Part shown: positions 50,566 to 63,316 of the stretch, in pieces
How positions within the stretch are numbered: the stretch's first letter is position 1
How the letters are laid out: every line of letters starts with the position of its first letter
From: Ginglymostoma cirratum
Lineage: Eukaryota
NCBI GenBank assembly: GCA_024137785.1
Contig: JAHRHZ010000082.1
Coordinates: 901,442 to 965,441 of the forward strand
Reading direction: 5' to 3'
Length of the DNA stretch: 64,000 nt
Notes under the pieces: generated by a model
What the model was told of the DNA's origin: nothing
Seen by the model: the letters and a program-made list of their open reading frames with translations, nothing else
Database searches by the model: none
Program-made: the position numbers and the translations under genes

Positions 50566-51745
50566 TGGGGAGGCAATGGTCTAGTGGTATTTTCGCTGCG
50601 ACAAAAACAAAGTTGCTGGAAAAGCTCAGCAGTTCCGGCAGCATCTGTGGTGGAGAAAACAGAGTTAACGTTTTCGGGATAACAAGCATGGGGCTGGATG
50701 AACACAGCAGGTCAAGCAGCATCATAGGAGCAGGAAAACTTGACGTTTCGGGCCTAAACCCTTCATCAGAAATGGGGGAGGGGAAGAGGGTTCTGAAATA
50801 AATAGGGAGAGAGGGGGAGGCGGATAGAGGATGGATAGAGGAGAGACTTTCCACATCAGGCAGAGGTTCACCTGCACATCTGCCAATGTGGTATACTGCA
50901 TCCGCTGTACCCGTTGTGGCTACCTCTACATCGGGAAAACCCAGCAGAGGCTTGGGGACCACTTTGCAGAACACCTGCGCTCAGTTTGCAACAAACAACT
51001 GCACCTCCCAGTCGCGAACCATTTCAACTCCCCCTCCCATTCCTCAGATGACATGTCCATCCTTGGCCTCCTGCAATGCCACAGTGATGCCACCCGAAGG
51101 CTGCAGGAACAGCAAATCATATTCAGCCTGGGAACCCTGCAGCCCAATGGCATCAATGTGGATTTCACAAGCTTCAAAATCTCCCCTCCCCCAACCGCAT
51201 CCCAAAACCAGCCCAGCTCATCTCCACCTCCCTAACCTGTTTTCCCTCTCACCCCAAGCCACACCCCCATCTCCTATCTACTAACATCATCCCGCCCCCT
51301 TGACCTGTCCGTCCTCCCTGGACTGACCTATCTCCTCCCTACCCCCCTACCTACACTCACCTTTACTGGTTCCATCCCCGCCTCTTCGACTTGTCTGCCT
51401 CCTCTCCACCTATCCTCTCCTCTATCCATCCTCTATCCGCCTCCCCCTCTCTCCCTATTTATTTCAGACCCTCTTCCCCTCCCCCATTTCTGATGAAGGG
51501 TTTAGGCCTGAAACGTCAAGTTTTCCTGCTCCTATGATGCTGCTTGACCTGCTGTGTTCATCCAGCCCCATGCTTCTTATCTCGGATTCTCCAGCATCTG
51601 CAGTACCTTTTATCTCTCATAAGGTTTTCGGGTCCGGTGACCCTTCCTCAGAACTTTCGCTGGACTGTTAATCCAGAGACCCAGATAACATTCTCAGGAC
51701 CTGGATTCGAATCCCGCCATGGCGGATGGTGGAATTTAAATTAAA
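50566..51745 (+). mobile_element. tRNA-type SINE head split by nested insertions
   Basis: A-box half TGGTCTAGTGG at about 50577 and B-box half GGATTCGAATCCC at about 51703; TSD TTTCGCTG at 50591-50598 and 51655-51662; homologous to the minus-strand SINE near 55480-55594. Confidence 0.75.
50679..51619 (+). mobile_element. 5'-truncated Penelope-like retroelement with GIY-YIG endonuclease segment and inverted terminal copy
   Basis: ORF 50831-51235 has NVVYCIRCTRCGYLYIGKT...R...EH...NHF...E...N (GIY-YIG with CCHH), followed by a C/T-rich pseudo-LTR. 50677-50843 is the reverse complement of about 51415-51582. Confidence 0.92.
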
Positions 51746-54700
51746 GAGAAACAAAATGGTTTGGAAGTTACAGATTGAAATCTTTGAACTTTGAGTGCAG
51801 AAGGCTGTAATTTATGTAAATGAAAGGTGAGCTGCTGGTCCTCCAGGTTTTGTTGAGCTTCACTGGAATTTTGCAAAAGACTGAGGACAGAGAGGTTAGA
51901 GTGGGAGCAAGATGGTGAATTAAAGTGACACGCTGTCGGAAGCTAAGTGTCACATGCTGGCACTGAATGGATTTGTTACTAACCTCCTTTAATCTTTAAC
52001 AATTCTGTCATTCTGTTAATGAGCATTTTCTCTCCCCAGTGAAATAGGAATGCACTGGCAGAACTATCTGGCGACTCCAAACCATACCATCTACAGCAAT
52101 GTTACCTGTTGAGGTTAGCACGCCAGGTAAAGTTCCTGGGGTTTGACTGAGCTAGGCCCTTGGATGCCAAAATTTTCAGGGGGTAAGAATGACCCAGCTG
52201 TGCTATCTTCTACATAAATCTTCCAGATAATATCCACTACCCAGCTAATAGCTATCAATATCTTCATGATAATCAATTTTTATGCTTTCCAGCTTCATCT
52301 ATGCTACAGCTGAATAAAATATACCCTCTCACCCAGTGTTACTCAGTGAAGCAAGCCAGTGACTGATCTGCCAGAGCAAACGCCTTCAAAACATTAGCAG
52401 TATTAGATTTATAGAGAAATATAGTATGAAATTGTTACAATATTTCAGAATTCTATTGTATAGCTGGCTTTACATGAATACAAGGAGCAAACAACTGTAT
52501 GTACATAGCCAACAGAGTCTGTACCATCAACATAATGATGTAAATGGATAGGAAGAAGTATTACTCAATGTCCAACTGGTCTTTCATTATCCAAACAAAT
52601 TTATGTCGGTCAATGCTACCCAGCAATTTACATGATGCACCTGGTTTGTTTTACCAATCATCTGTGGCAATTTTATTTGAAGGGAAAGTTAGAGTGAATC
52701 CCCAAAGACCCTGGACAGAAACAAGAAAAGAAAGCACTGGAGAAACTCAACACCCCTGTGCAGAGAAAAACAGGTTTGTTTGACTCCAGCATGGCTGTCA
52801 GATCTGCTGCTTTCCATTTTTATTTCAGAACTCCAGCATTCACAGCATTTTGCTTTTATTTGAGTGTTTAATTCACTGCCACTTCACCTCATGTGCCCAT
52901 TTTAAAAAGCTCTGCCATTGACTCTGGTAGGATTTCTGTTATAATCTTTCAGCTTGTTCACCTTCATTACTTTCTACCTTCCTCCAAGTGTTTGATAAAG
53001 TGTTTGTCAAAAGTTACTTTCACTGCTACATCTCCTTCTTCAGTAACTCTCTGGCTTCACCATACCCCACACAGTTTCCAATTGAAGTTCCATCCTTTAT
53101 GTTTCAAATCCACCCAAGATTACAGGAATCTCTGATAACATGCAACATTCCTAAAACAACTGTTTCTGCCACATCTTCAGATCCACATTCAATGCCATGC
53201 ACCACCACATGCACACTTTCGGCTTCTCTCTTCATCAGCACCACCTCCCAATATCTCTAAGCTGTCCCGGGGTTCAATTCCATTTTGTTCTTTGTCTCAT
53301 TCAACCCTTAAACAAAGGAAAATTCTGTTCTTTTCAGGAGTTAAAGAATACAAGTTCCAAAAATTCCCAGGTACTGATGCCCCTCTGGAGTTCTAACTAC
53401 CTTCCTTTCTCTCCAACTCCATCCCTTCTTGCAATCCACTGTCTTGTCATTTAATTGCTATACTCCTTGACCTTCCCCTGTCTGATGCGGAATAATCTGT
53501 GTTCAGCAAAGGACGTAGTTTTATCCATTTACACCATCACCTGAAAAAATTTCAGGCATGACATGACATTGAATTCTTCTGTCATCTGCCTTCATGCCAC
53601 TTCTTCTAATCCAGCCCCATAGATCCTTTCATCAGTCTTCAGAATGACTTCTCTATCTGGATCAGCCCTTCTGACCTTTTACCTGAACTTGATCTCATCA
53701 TTGAGAACTGGAGTTCCAAAGAAGAATTATGCTAGACTTGAAATACTAACGCTTGTTTTTACCTCTTCCCTTGCTTGATATGTCAGGTACTTTCATGGAT
53801 GCTAACTAACCATCCGTGCTGTTAGTTCTCTCCTTGGTTCATAGCATAGGGCTTATGTTCCCTGCCTTAAAGCATTTCACTCTTTGAATTCTACAGGATC
53901 ATTTTACTGAGTAAACACTTTGATTTGCCCACTTCATATTTCAAATGCTCAGATGCCTCCTAATTCCAGTTAATTTGGTTGACATAATTGCTTAGGGGAT
54001 TAGGGTTTCTCCATTTTCATTGAGTAGGAAACTTGCACAGTTATCAGCTGACAAGCTTCAGTGACTTCTTCCAAAAATATTTATCATGCGCATTCAATTC
54101 AGGAATGGCACAAGAATAACAATTTCTAGGATTTAATATCTGTTGCCCATAAATATTCAAAGAGAGCCACTGGTTATTGGAATGTGGAGTTGAAATCATA
54201 ATCACATTAGCCATGATCTTACTAAACAGCAGAAAAGACTTGAGGGGCCTAGTGGCCCAATTCTGCAGCTAATTTATATGTTTGTATTCCTGCACAGCCA
54301 CCATGGATGAAATGCAAGATTTACAGCTAGGCTGTTCCAAAACCTTAGGCCTCTTAGTTTAAAGCCATGATTTCATATTTGTAGGAATTTCAGAAAGTGA
54401 AACTGTAGATTTCAGAAAGCTTTTTTTGCAATTACATTTTCTGGTTTACTCCCAACTTTTGTATTTTTCATAAACAAGATATATAGCCTACATGGTAGAC
54501 ACGGGATACCAGCAGTGGTCTGTGAGTTCATTATGTTTCTCATGACCAGACATCAGAATTGTGTATGCTTGTATTTGTTAATCTACTGACACATTCAATA
54601 GATTTGACATTTTCCATCAGCCTGTGAAATACAGTGCATTTGTGGAAAGTAGGTTCATGAAAATTAGTTACTGTTATGATCCAACATTTGCATCTGAACC

Positions 54701-54849
54701 ACGAACAGAACTAATAGTTTTTGAAACAAATAGTTTGAATGAACATTGAGAATTTGGTTCTGGTTTTACTTTTGTATGAAAGACAGGGAGTTATATAAAA
54801 TTACAAACTAGGTTTTTAGGGTAATGAGACCAGAGGATGGAACTCACGG

Positions 54850-55860
54850 AATTATAGAATTTTTATAAAACAGAATGAGGCCATTCAGCTCATCACGTCT
54901 GTGCTATTCTCAGCACAGGCAATGCGGCTAGTGTCACTCCCTTGCCGTTTCCTGTAGTACAGACATTTTTTTTTTCTCTTAAATGTCTATCAAACTCTTC
55001 TTTCCAGCAGTAATTGAATATGCCTCCACCAAACTTTCAAGACAGTATTTCAGATCCTAACCGTTGGCTGATTTAAAAGATTTGACCTCATGTTATTGTT
55101 TGCCATTCACCTTAAAAGTGTTTTCTGATTCTCAATTGATCCATTTTTTTTCACTAGTGGGACGTGGGCATTGTTGGCTTGCCAGCATTTATTGCCTGTC
55201 CCGAACTGTCCTTGAGAAGATGGTGATGAGTTGCCTTCTTGAAACACTGTTGTCTATATGCTAAAGGTTGAGGCTTTGTAGCAATTGATCTAACTGAGTA
55301 GCTTGCTAGACCATTTCAGTTGGCAGTTGAAAGTCAACCACTTTGCAGTCACATATAGGTAAGACCAGGTAAGGATGGTAGATTTCCTTCCCTGAAGGAT
55401 ATTAGCGACCCAGATGTGTTTTTCTGGTCAATCAGCAATGGGTTCATGGTTGTCAGTAGATTCTTAATTCCAGATTTTATTTTATTGAACTCAACTTCCA
55501 CCATTTGCCATGATGGGATTTGAACCTGGGCCCCCAGAACATAAGCTTCTGGATTAATACTCTCGCAATAATATGACTAGGCCATTGTCTCCCCATGTTT
55601 CTACCAATGGGAAGAGTTTCTCCTTATCTGCTCTGTCCAGGCCTGTCATGATTTTAAACACCTTTATCAAATCTTCTTTCAAACTGCCCGTCTCTCTGGT
55701 GAACGATGCCAGCTTCTCTAATCCATCCACTTAATTGAAATTCTTTATCCCTATAATCATTCCTTAAATCTTTTCTGCACCTTCTCTGAAGCCTTCATAT
55801 TCTTCCTGTAATTTGGCAATCAGAAATTTAACCGAATACTCCAGTTGTAACAATTATTGG
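54850..55860 (-). mobile_element. CR1 LINE 3' fragment interrupted by a tRNA-type SINE (about 55145-55594)
   Basis: CR1 tail at 54850-55070 and body at 55600-55860. The inner SINE has A/B boxes at 55510-55594 and a tail matching the LINE at 890-980. Confidence 0.7.
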
Positions 55861-56639
55861 GTCATCTCCCTGCTGGTCATTAAGAAAATGGTATTTGTCC
55901 ATGTTGCCTTTGCCAGACTTAAGTTCTTGACAGAATGCATCTACCTTGAATCTGTGTGGTTTAAGACAAGAAATTTACAAATGTCTCAATCCAGCAGCTG
56001 CTAGAGAAATACCGTGAACAATGGAAAACTGTGTATGTGGCCTTCGCTGACATCAACAAGACATTCGGCCAATTGAGCAGAGCTGCCCACAGAAGCTGTT
56101 CAATGTAATCTCCTTTTTCTATGGCATAATGGGTAAGGTCATCTTTGAAAGGTCAACATCAGAACTCCTTGAGATCTGCAGTCAGGTCAAACGGCATTCT
56201 GTTTTGGCATTGACACTCTTTGGCGTATTCTTCTCCTGTGCCTGTCATTTGGCTTGATGTTATCTACACACAGTGTCTACTTTGATATCAGAAATTATAA
56301 ACTTATTCAGCCTTGATTACTTGAGAGCCCTTAACCTCCATTCAATGACAACATTGCAGAAGTTCCCAAGGGTAATGCCCTAACTCTAAACAGCCTCATC
56401 AATGACTGAAGGTTCTGAGTCCTAATGCAGCCAGACCTGGACACAATCCTGGCTTAGGCTAATAAGAGGCAAGTAACATTTATGCCACACAAATGCTAGG
56501 CAATGACCATTTCCAACAAGAGAGAATGTAACCGTCACCTTTCAGGTTACATCTTTCAGGTATTATGAAAAACAGGAAGTTGGCCCCACAGTTGGGCTTT
56601 GTTGGATTCATTTTACTTTCATGAAATGAGAACAATAAG

Positions 56640-57722
56640 AACCTATACTTAGCAACTTGCCAAATGAGTAATTAATACCATCTCCCAGGCTGTTACCTAG
56701 AACCTTCATATTCTTCCTTTTCAGATTAATCAATTCCTTATTGAATGCATCATTTGCACCTGCCTTCACCATACTCTCAGGCAGTAAATTCCAGCTCTTA
56801 ACTGTTTGCTGTGTGGACCATAAAACCTCGGAGCAGAAGTAGGCCATTGAACCCATCAAGTCCACTCTGCATTCAATGAGATCACAGTTGATCTGACAAT
56901 CCTCAACTCTACTTTCCCGTTTTTTCCCTATAAGCTTTGGTTCAGTTTCTAATTAAAAATCTATCTCAGCCCGAATATATTTAATGACCCGACTTCAACA
57001 GCCATTTGTGGTAAAGAATTCCACAGATTCACTCTGCTCTGAGGCAAGAAATTCCTCCTCATCAAAATTTTTTGTTTCTTTTTGTCTTCTATTGCTTCTT
57101 TTGTCACATACTTTAGGTCTGTATGCTCTTGATTTTACTCTCCTTCCATGAGTAACAACAGTTTTCCCTCTCTACTCTGTCCAGATCCCTCTTGATTTTA
57201 TATGCTTCTACCAAATCTGCTGTCAACTTTCCTTTCTGCAAGGAAAACAGACCCAACATCTCCAATCTTAATAAATAACTGAAGTTCCTCATCCCCAGTG
57301 CCATTCATGTGAATCTTTTTTGCAATCTCTCTTACAGTACTTAAGTTGAAGCGGAGCCAGTATTTTATACAAGTTTAACATAACATCTCTTATACTCCTG
57401 CCCCCCATTAATAAAGTGTAGGATACCAGATATTTTATTAACTGCCCTTTCAACCTGTCTTGCCAGCTTCAATTAATTATATAAGGATATACCCTGGTTT
57501 TTCTATTCTTGCATCCTGTTCAAAATTTTACCTTTTATTTTGTGTTGTCTTTCTGTGTTCTTCCTACCAAAATGAATCACTGATACAGAATTGAATTCAT
57601 CCATCACCTGTCCACCTATTCCACCAACTTGTCTATGTCCTCTTGAAATTCTATACTATTCTGCTTACATCACACAATACTTCTGCAAATTCTAAAGCAA
57701 CACGCTGTACACCAAGGTCTTT
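56640..57722 (-). mobile_element. CR1 LINE fragments (two nested 3' ends)
   Basis: Remnants WNLLPESMVKAG and GMRNFSYLLRLEMLGLFSLQKGKLTADLVEAYKI; CR1 tail GACCATAAAACCTCGGAGCAGAAGTAGGCCATT at about 56816. Confidence 0.8.
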
Positions 57723-58057
57723 AATATATATAGGGCAATTAACAGTGTAGCTGGACAATGAGTTGGGTCTTTGTCCATGCATTCTCCAATCTTTCTGCTT
57801 TATTTTGTCAGTTTATAAAAAGTGCCTGTTCTCCCTAACTCTGTCTGCACTAGTCATTTACTTTATTAATTTTCAAAGTCCACTGCGAGTGACTCAATTT
57901 AAATAACATTTATACCAAGGTAAAAAATCTAAGTAATTTTAATAAAAAGCCAGTTTGTTATTCTAATACTAAAAGGGAAATTCTTAGCTTGATTTCCATT
58001 TCCTACAATTCTGTTCTGTTCTCTTAAAGCCATTGAATTATGTTGAGGTGAAGTCTA

Positions 58058-58235
58058 AGTCGCATAGCCCCAAAGGACCATAGGCTGTTCTCTCATAATT
58101 GAGAGGTGACCGGTGTTAAGTTTAGCCTGAGGGTCAACAGGCCTCAGGCGAGGTTGCAAAGTTGGGGCCTGCATGATGACCTCAGGTGGAATGGGAATTG
58201 CTTCCGTGGGTTGGTCTCCCTGCACCACAAACAAG
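58058..58235 (-). mobile_element. Probable degenerate SINE
   Basis: GC-richer island; the minus strand has a B-box-like GCAATTCCC followed by CTGAGGTCATCATG...CCTCGCCTGAGG...CCCTCAGGCTAAAC. Recognised only loosely. Confidence 0.4.
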
Positions 58236-58439
58236 GCTGCTCTTGAGTATTCTGCAGAGCTGGCACTCTTCATGTATGAGTCAAGGTTGTGAGGTTTGGC
58301 AGTCAACATGATCAGACGGAGATCTTCCAGCTAAAGTCAATCTTGTCTTCATTTCAATATCCAAATATGTATTTATTCCTACATGGAATACAAGTTAGTG
58401 AACAAGGTCTGGCAACAGTGTTTTCCCACTCACTATTTC

Positions 58440-58534
58440 AGAGATAAAAGGTACTGCAGATGCTGGAGAATCCGAGATAACAAGCATGGGGCTGGATGAA
58501 CACAGCAGGTCAAGCAGCATCATAGGAGCAGGAA
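58440..58534 (-). mobile_element. Penelope 3' terminal fragment (family A)
   Basis: Nearly identical to the reverse complement of 51522-51617. Confidence 0.85.
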
Positions 58535-58764
58535 ATATTGGTTCTTTCAGTGTCACTTTTACTGTTGTCTTATCTGAGATCAACCAATGCACCTGGGGAG
58601 AAAAAGGATCTCCCAGTGTGTAGCTTAAATACACATTTTGTTTTGTAAGGGGCTGGCACCGTTGAAACTGTTTTAATTTCGTGTATTTGATTAACTGATT
58701 TTAAAAGAGTTACACATCTCCTTTGCAAAGTGAGTTGAGGAAACCTTTTTTTTAAATTAAAAAA

Positions 58765-58972
58765 AAAACTGATGCTAGAAATCCTAGACAGACACAGAAA
58801 TAGCTGGAGAAACTCAGCAGGTCTTACAACATCTGTGGAGAGAAAGCAGAGCCAATATTTTGGGTCCAGTTATGAAGAAGGGTTACTGGACCTGAAATGT
58901 TAACTCTGTTTCTATCTCCACCGATGCTGCCAGACCTGCTGAGTTTGTCCACTTATTTCTGTTTTTGTTTCA
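58765..58972. mobile_element. Palindromic family B element
   Basis: Inverted arms centred near 58870, with TGAAGAAGGGTTACTGGACCTGAAATGTTAACTCTG. Confidence 0.8.
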
Positions 58973-59357
58973 AACTCTTTTTGTTATATGCAAATTGAGT
59001 AACAAAAGTGGTGTTACCTACAAAGAAGCAAAGTTCATGTAATAATGAATCCATCCAATTAATGAAGAAAAAGATAACTTTCATTATAATGCCTTTCACA
59101 ACATCAGGATGTCCTACATGTGAGGCATTATATGTACCAATAATGTGTTGTGACAAATGTGGCAGTCATTTTTGTGCCACAAAATAAAGTCCCACAAACG
59201 GCAATGAGATGATGACTAGATTTTTTTGAACAACGTTGGCCAGGTAAACTCCAATGTTCCTTGTAACAGCAACTTCTACATCCACTGAAAGGGAGACGAA
59301 AGACATCATCAGCAACCTTCTAATTCGAAAATGAGAAAGCTGCTACTATGATTTCCC

Positions 59358-59673
59358 GAGATAACAAGCGTGGGGCTAGATGAACACAGCAGGTCAAGCA
59401 GCATCATAGGAGCAGGAAAACTTGACGTTTCGGGCCTAGACCCTTCTTCAGAAACAGGGGAGGGGAAGGGGGTTCTGAAATAAATAGGGAGGGGGAGGCG
59501 GCTAGAGGATGGATAGAGGAGAGGATAGGTGGAGAGGAGGCAGACAGGTCGAAGAGGCGGGGATGGAGCCAGTAAAGGTGAGTGTAGGTAGGGGGATAGG
59601 GAGGAGATAGGTCAGTCCAGGGAGGACGGACAGGTCAAGGGGGCGGGATGATGTTAGTAGATAGGAGATGGGG
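59358..59673 (-). mobile_element. Penelope pseudo-LTR fragment (family A)
   Basis: Close reverse complement of about 51267-51585; TSD GATTTCCC at 59350-59357 and 59674-59681; intact core on the minus strand at 59424-59451. Confidence 0.88.
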
Positions 59674-61269
59674 GATTTCCCTTTCACTTTTCCCTGTCCT
59701 TTTTTTAAAATAACGTTGTCCCACAACTTGGATTTCACCTCCTCTGGAACTGGTCCGTTGTTGTAAATGCGATGATTTGCAAAAGCAAAATTCTACAGGT
59801 GCCAGAAGACAAATAAAAAGAACAGAAAGGGCTAAATGTACTGAGCAGGCCAGGCTGCATCTATGGACAGAGAAACAAGATTTAACGTTTTAGGTCGGTG
59901 GCCTTTTGACGAACTCAAATTATGCAAATTACTTATTTAGCAGTATGAGTAGAAGATTGCAGAAAGAACTTGCTATCGTTTACGCCCTTTCCTTTCATGA
60001 CACACTGTCGTTTTGTCAATATTAACCATATCCTGAGGACGTTTTTCTTGTCTTTGCATTTCTCTGATGGAGTTTTTTTAAAAAATCCTTTCACTTTTTA
60101 TCACAACGTTTAGTTTGGCTCTTTGTGCTTTCGCTCGGTCTTTTCCTTTGTTTCTTTGTTAAATTTCAATACTTAAATTTGCTTTGCTCGTTCTTCCCTT
60201 GCTGCTTGTTTGCATATTCATTCTGACTTCACTTCGACTTTCCTATTTTGTGTAACAGGAATGACGTTGCAATGTATTGCGGGCGTTGTAGAAAAGTACA
60301 TGGAAGGAAATACACAGTGCCTGTAAATGAGTTGTGTATTCCTATTATAGTAAAATACATCTCACTGCGCTATGAATCAGCAGAAAGCGTACACCAATCA
60401 GTCTTCCATTTCCCTTTCCACCACGCAAGAACGCACAATAATATATCAAGAAAGACTCGATAAAACTGGACACTTTATTATTCCAGTCAGAGCCTTTTTT
60501 CCTACTTGTAAATTGTGAAATGAACTGAAACCTGCACGCACACGACGAGGTTTCAGAAAACATAACCATCTCAGCGAGGCTCTGATGAAATTTTACCTAA
60601 CCAAAGCGTTAACTGTTTTCCTCATTAATGCTGCCTATCCCGCTGAGTGTTGCCAAACATCTTCTGTTTGAAGTACGAGAGGTTAGATGATGGATGGTCG
60701 TTCATGAGCACTTTTAAAATAAATGCTGAGAGACGAGCCTTTATTGTCGGGGGGGTGGTAACTTGAACCTTTTGGACACGTGTATTCACAGTGAAAGAAA
60801 TGACATCCCAGTCCTGTGAGAGAGTATTCTTTTGCAGACCTAAACGGGAGAAGAATATGCCAAAGAGCTGATGCTTGCAGTTTCTCACGCATTTTCCGCT
60901 ATGTTTTTGGAAACGATCACTTACTGGCAAAGGGTTCATTGTTGGGAAATCTGGACCCAAAACAGAAAACGTGTGAATGCGTAAAGTGCCTTTTCATCAA
61001 TGAGCAGGTCTTTGTGTATTTAAAAACAAATTGGATCTTTAGCATATCTTTGTTGTTGCAGAGATTGGAGTCACATTGTGGATACGTGCAGACCAGCAGC
61101 TCTCTAAACAATTCAATATAAACAGCCTGAACATTGGCGAGGAGAGAGAGGACTGTAAGTGTAGCCTCACTCCACTCCCCGCAGCCTGTCCTCCCCACCG
61201 GGTCCAGAATGATGGGGACTGGTGAAAGTGTTAAAATTTAGCTCCCTGCGTTATTAAATTAGGAATTAT

Positions 61270-61400
61270 AGACCATAAGACCATGAGCACAATTAGGCCA
61301 TTCGGCCCATCGAGTTTGCTCCACCATCAAATCGTGGTTGGTACATTTCTCAAACCCATTCTCCTGCTTTCTCCACGTAACCTTTGATCCCCTTACCAAT
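61270..61400 (-). mobile_element. CR1 3' tail
   Basis: AGACCATAAGACCATGAGCACAATTAGGCCATTCGGCCCATCGAG, homologous to 47280-47399. Confidence 0.75.
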
Positions 61401-61799
61401 CAAGAACCTACTTATCTCCTTCTTTGTGTATTTTAAGAATCAACCACCAAAACAAAAGACCCATTAATCCAGTAAAACTCAGCTTTTGATTTTTAAGTCA
61501 ACCTGTTTGAGCGTTTCTTTGCAACTTGAACCTAGATCTAATGGCCCAGTGGCAGGGACACTTAGCACTAGCCCCTTTCAAATATTTGTCTAATTAATTT
61601 TTAATATTAGAAGATCCTTTCATAAAACCTTTGGGCTAATCGATATAAAATTAAAATACATTTCAACTGAGAGAATCATTATGGATGATAATCACTGAGA
61701 GGACTAAGAAGAAGGATGAATTCTCTCAGCACTCTTGCTATTTATTTTCAACCTGTATTGTGTTTAGTTGATTTATTTGAATAAAATATATATCTTACA

Positions 61800-62090
61800 A
61801 AGAAAACGGAACCATTGTTGGTGGCACAAATACTCCGCCCGTTCGGGGGAACCCCGGATCCCGGAATGGATTTGACAGAAGTACGACCGCGCGTCACCGT
61901 GGCAACGGTAAATTAGCGGCCTATTTGAACGGGCTTTGAATGGGTTTGTGACCAAAGAGACGAACTGAAACATAATTGTGGAATTACAGTGGCGGTAGGA
62001 GTGGGCGAGAGAGGTGAGATTGGAGAGCGAGCTCAGAGATAAAATCAGGTTTTTGAGGAGCTCGACGTGATGCCGTTTCTGAACAAACTG
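61800..62090 (+). promoter_or_regulatory. Second CpG-rich promoter with RFX X-box; probable start of a divergent gene
   Basis: CpG cluster, X-box-like GTCACCGTGGCAAC at 61893-61906, ETS-like CCGGAA at 61861-61866 and a possible donor CG|GTAAAT at 61908. The strand is inferred. Confidence 0.55.
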
Positions 62091-63316
62091 ATATGAAATC
62101 AAGGTTGCAAACTGTTTGATTAAGCATCGTATAGTTCTCATGCAGAAAGTTGGTGTTGATCAGATTGTAACTGGGACTTAAAAAGTAATGATTTCAGTCT
62201 TCCGACTATTGTTTGGAGAAAATCAATGCTGATCAAGAGCATTGGCCAGAGTTTATGCTACTTCCTTCTGTTCATCGACATCTGAGTAAGGAAAGCATTT
62301 CAGTTTAGGTGTGATGCATACTGTGAGGCTAACAGTACATCAATTTAAGGCTCACAAAAATTATCATAAAGTTGGAAAGATAACATTTTGTATGTACCTG
62401 CTGCCTGAGTCATTATCCTAGTAATGAATCAAGAGCATTGATGAGGAGGATGTACGGGGTGGGGGTGCGGGGGACCAGTAATAGCAGTAATAATAACAAA
62501 AAAAAGGAAAAAGAGTTGTAAACTGAAGATTTGGCAGTTGGTAGAAGGAATTTTAAATATGTTAATTAGAATGCATACATAAAGATATATATTTAAATTC
62601 AAAAGTTGAAATGTACACTTTAGATTTTTTTTAACCATCAGTGAGAAGATCAGGGTTCTACTTCCAGTGAGTCTAAATGGACACAGCCCTCAATGGAAGA
62701 ATCAAAGTAGCAAGAATAACAATAGATAGGAGGCATAGCAGCGTTCTGGTTCCATGACTGTTGGAGTTTATAAGGCACTTAAAGTGGGGCAACTTCAACA
62801 CAGGATCAAGTTAACATAAAGTTGCAGGTTTCATAATGACAGTTTGAACTTGGCCATACATACAACTGAGAAAGTCCTTGTATCATAGTTTCTGTAGCAT
62901 TAGTTAAACTCACCAATGTAACAATGGGAATGATGACACAATCAGGTTTAAAGAGGGAAGACACATCTAGGATTCTGCATTCAGTGAATCTGATGGAAAT
63001 ATATGATTCGGCCTCAATTTCCAAAATATCTATCTTTCTAAACCTGCAATTATGATGTCATCATTATGTTTAATGCCTGTCTGTGAATGCTATACTACGC
63101 TATCATTTACTTTTCAGATTAGTTGCAGCGAACTGTGGGCCCCGTTGCCATGTATTAAATAGGGTGGAAATTTTAACTGAAGAAATTTAGTTCAAGGTTG
63201 TAATCTTCTAGATTCTGGACAGGCCCACATGTAGCAATACTGCAGATATACTGTCTGTATTAAACAGGGGAGGAAAACTAAAAACAGGAAGCTATAAGCC
63301 AATTTGTTTAATATCC

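Noticed and set aside
50831-51235. GIY-YIG ORF as a domesticated host gene
   Set aside because: Its start codon comes from the inverted terminal copy, and it is a 5'-truncated piece embedded in Penelope termini.
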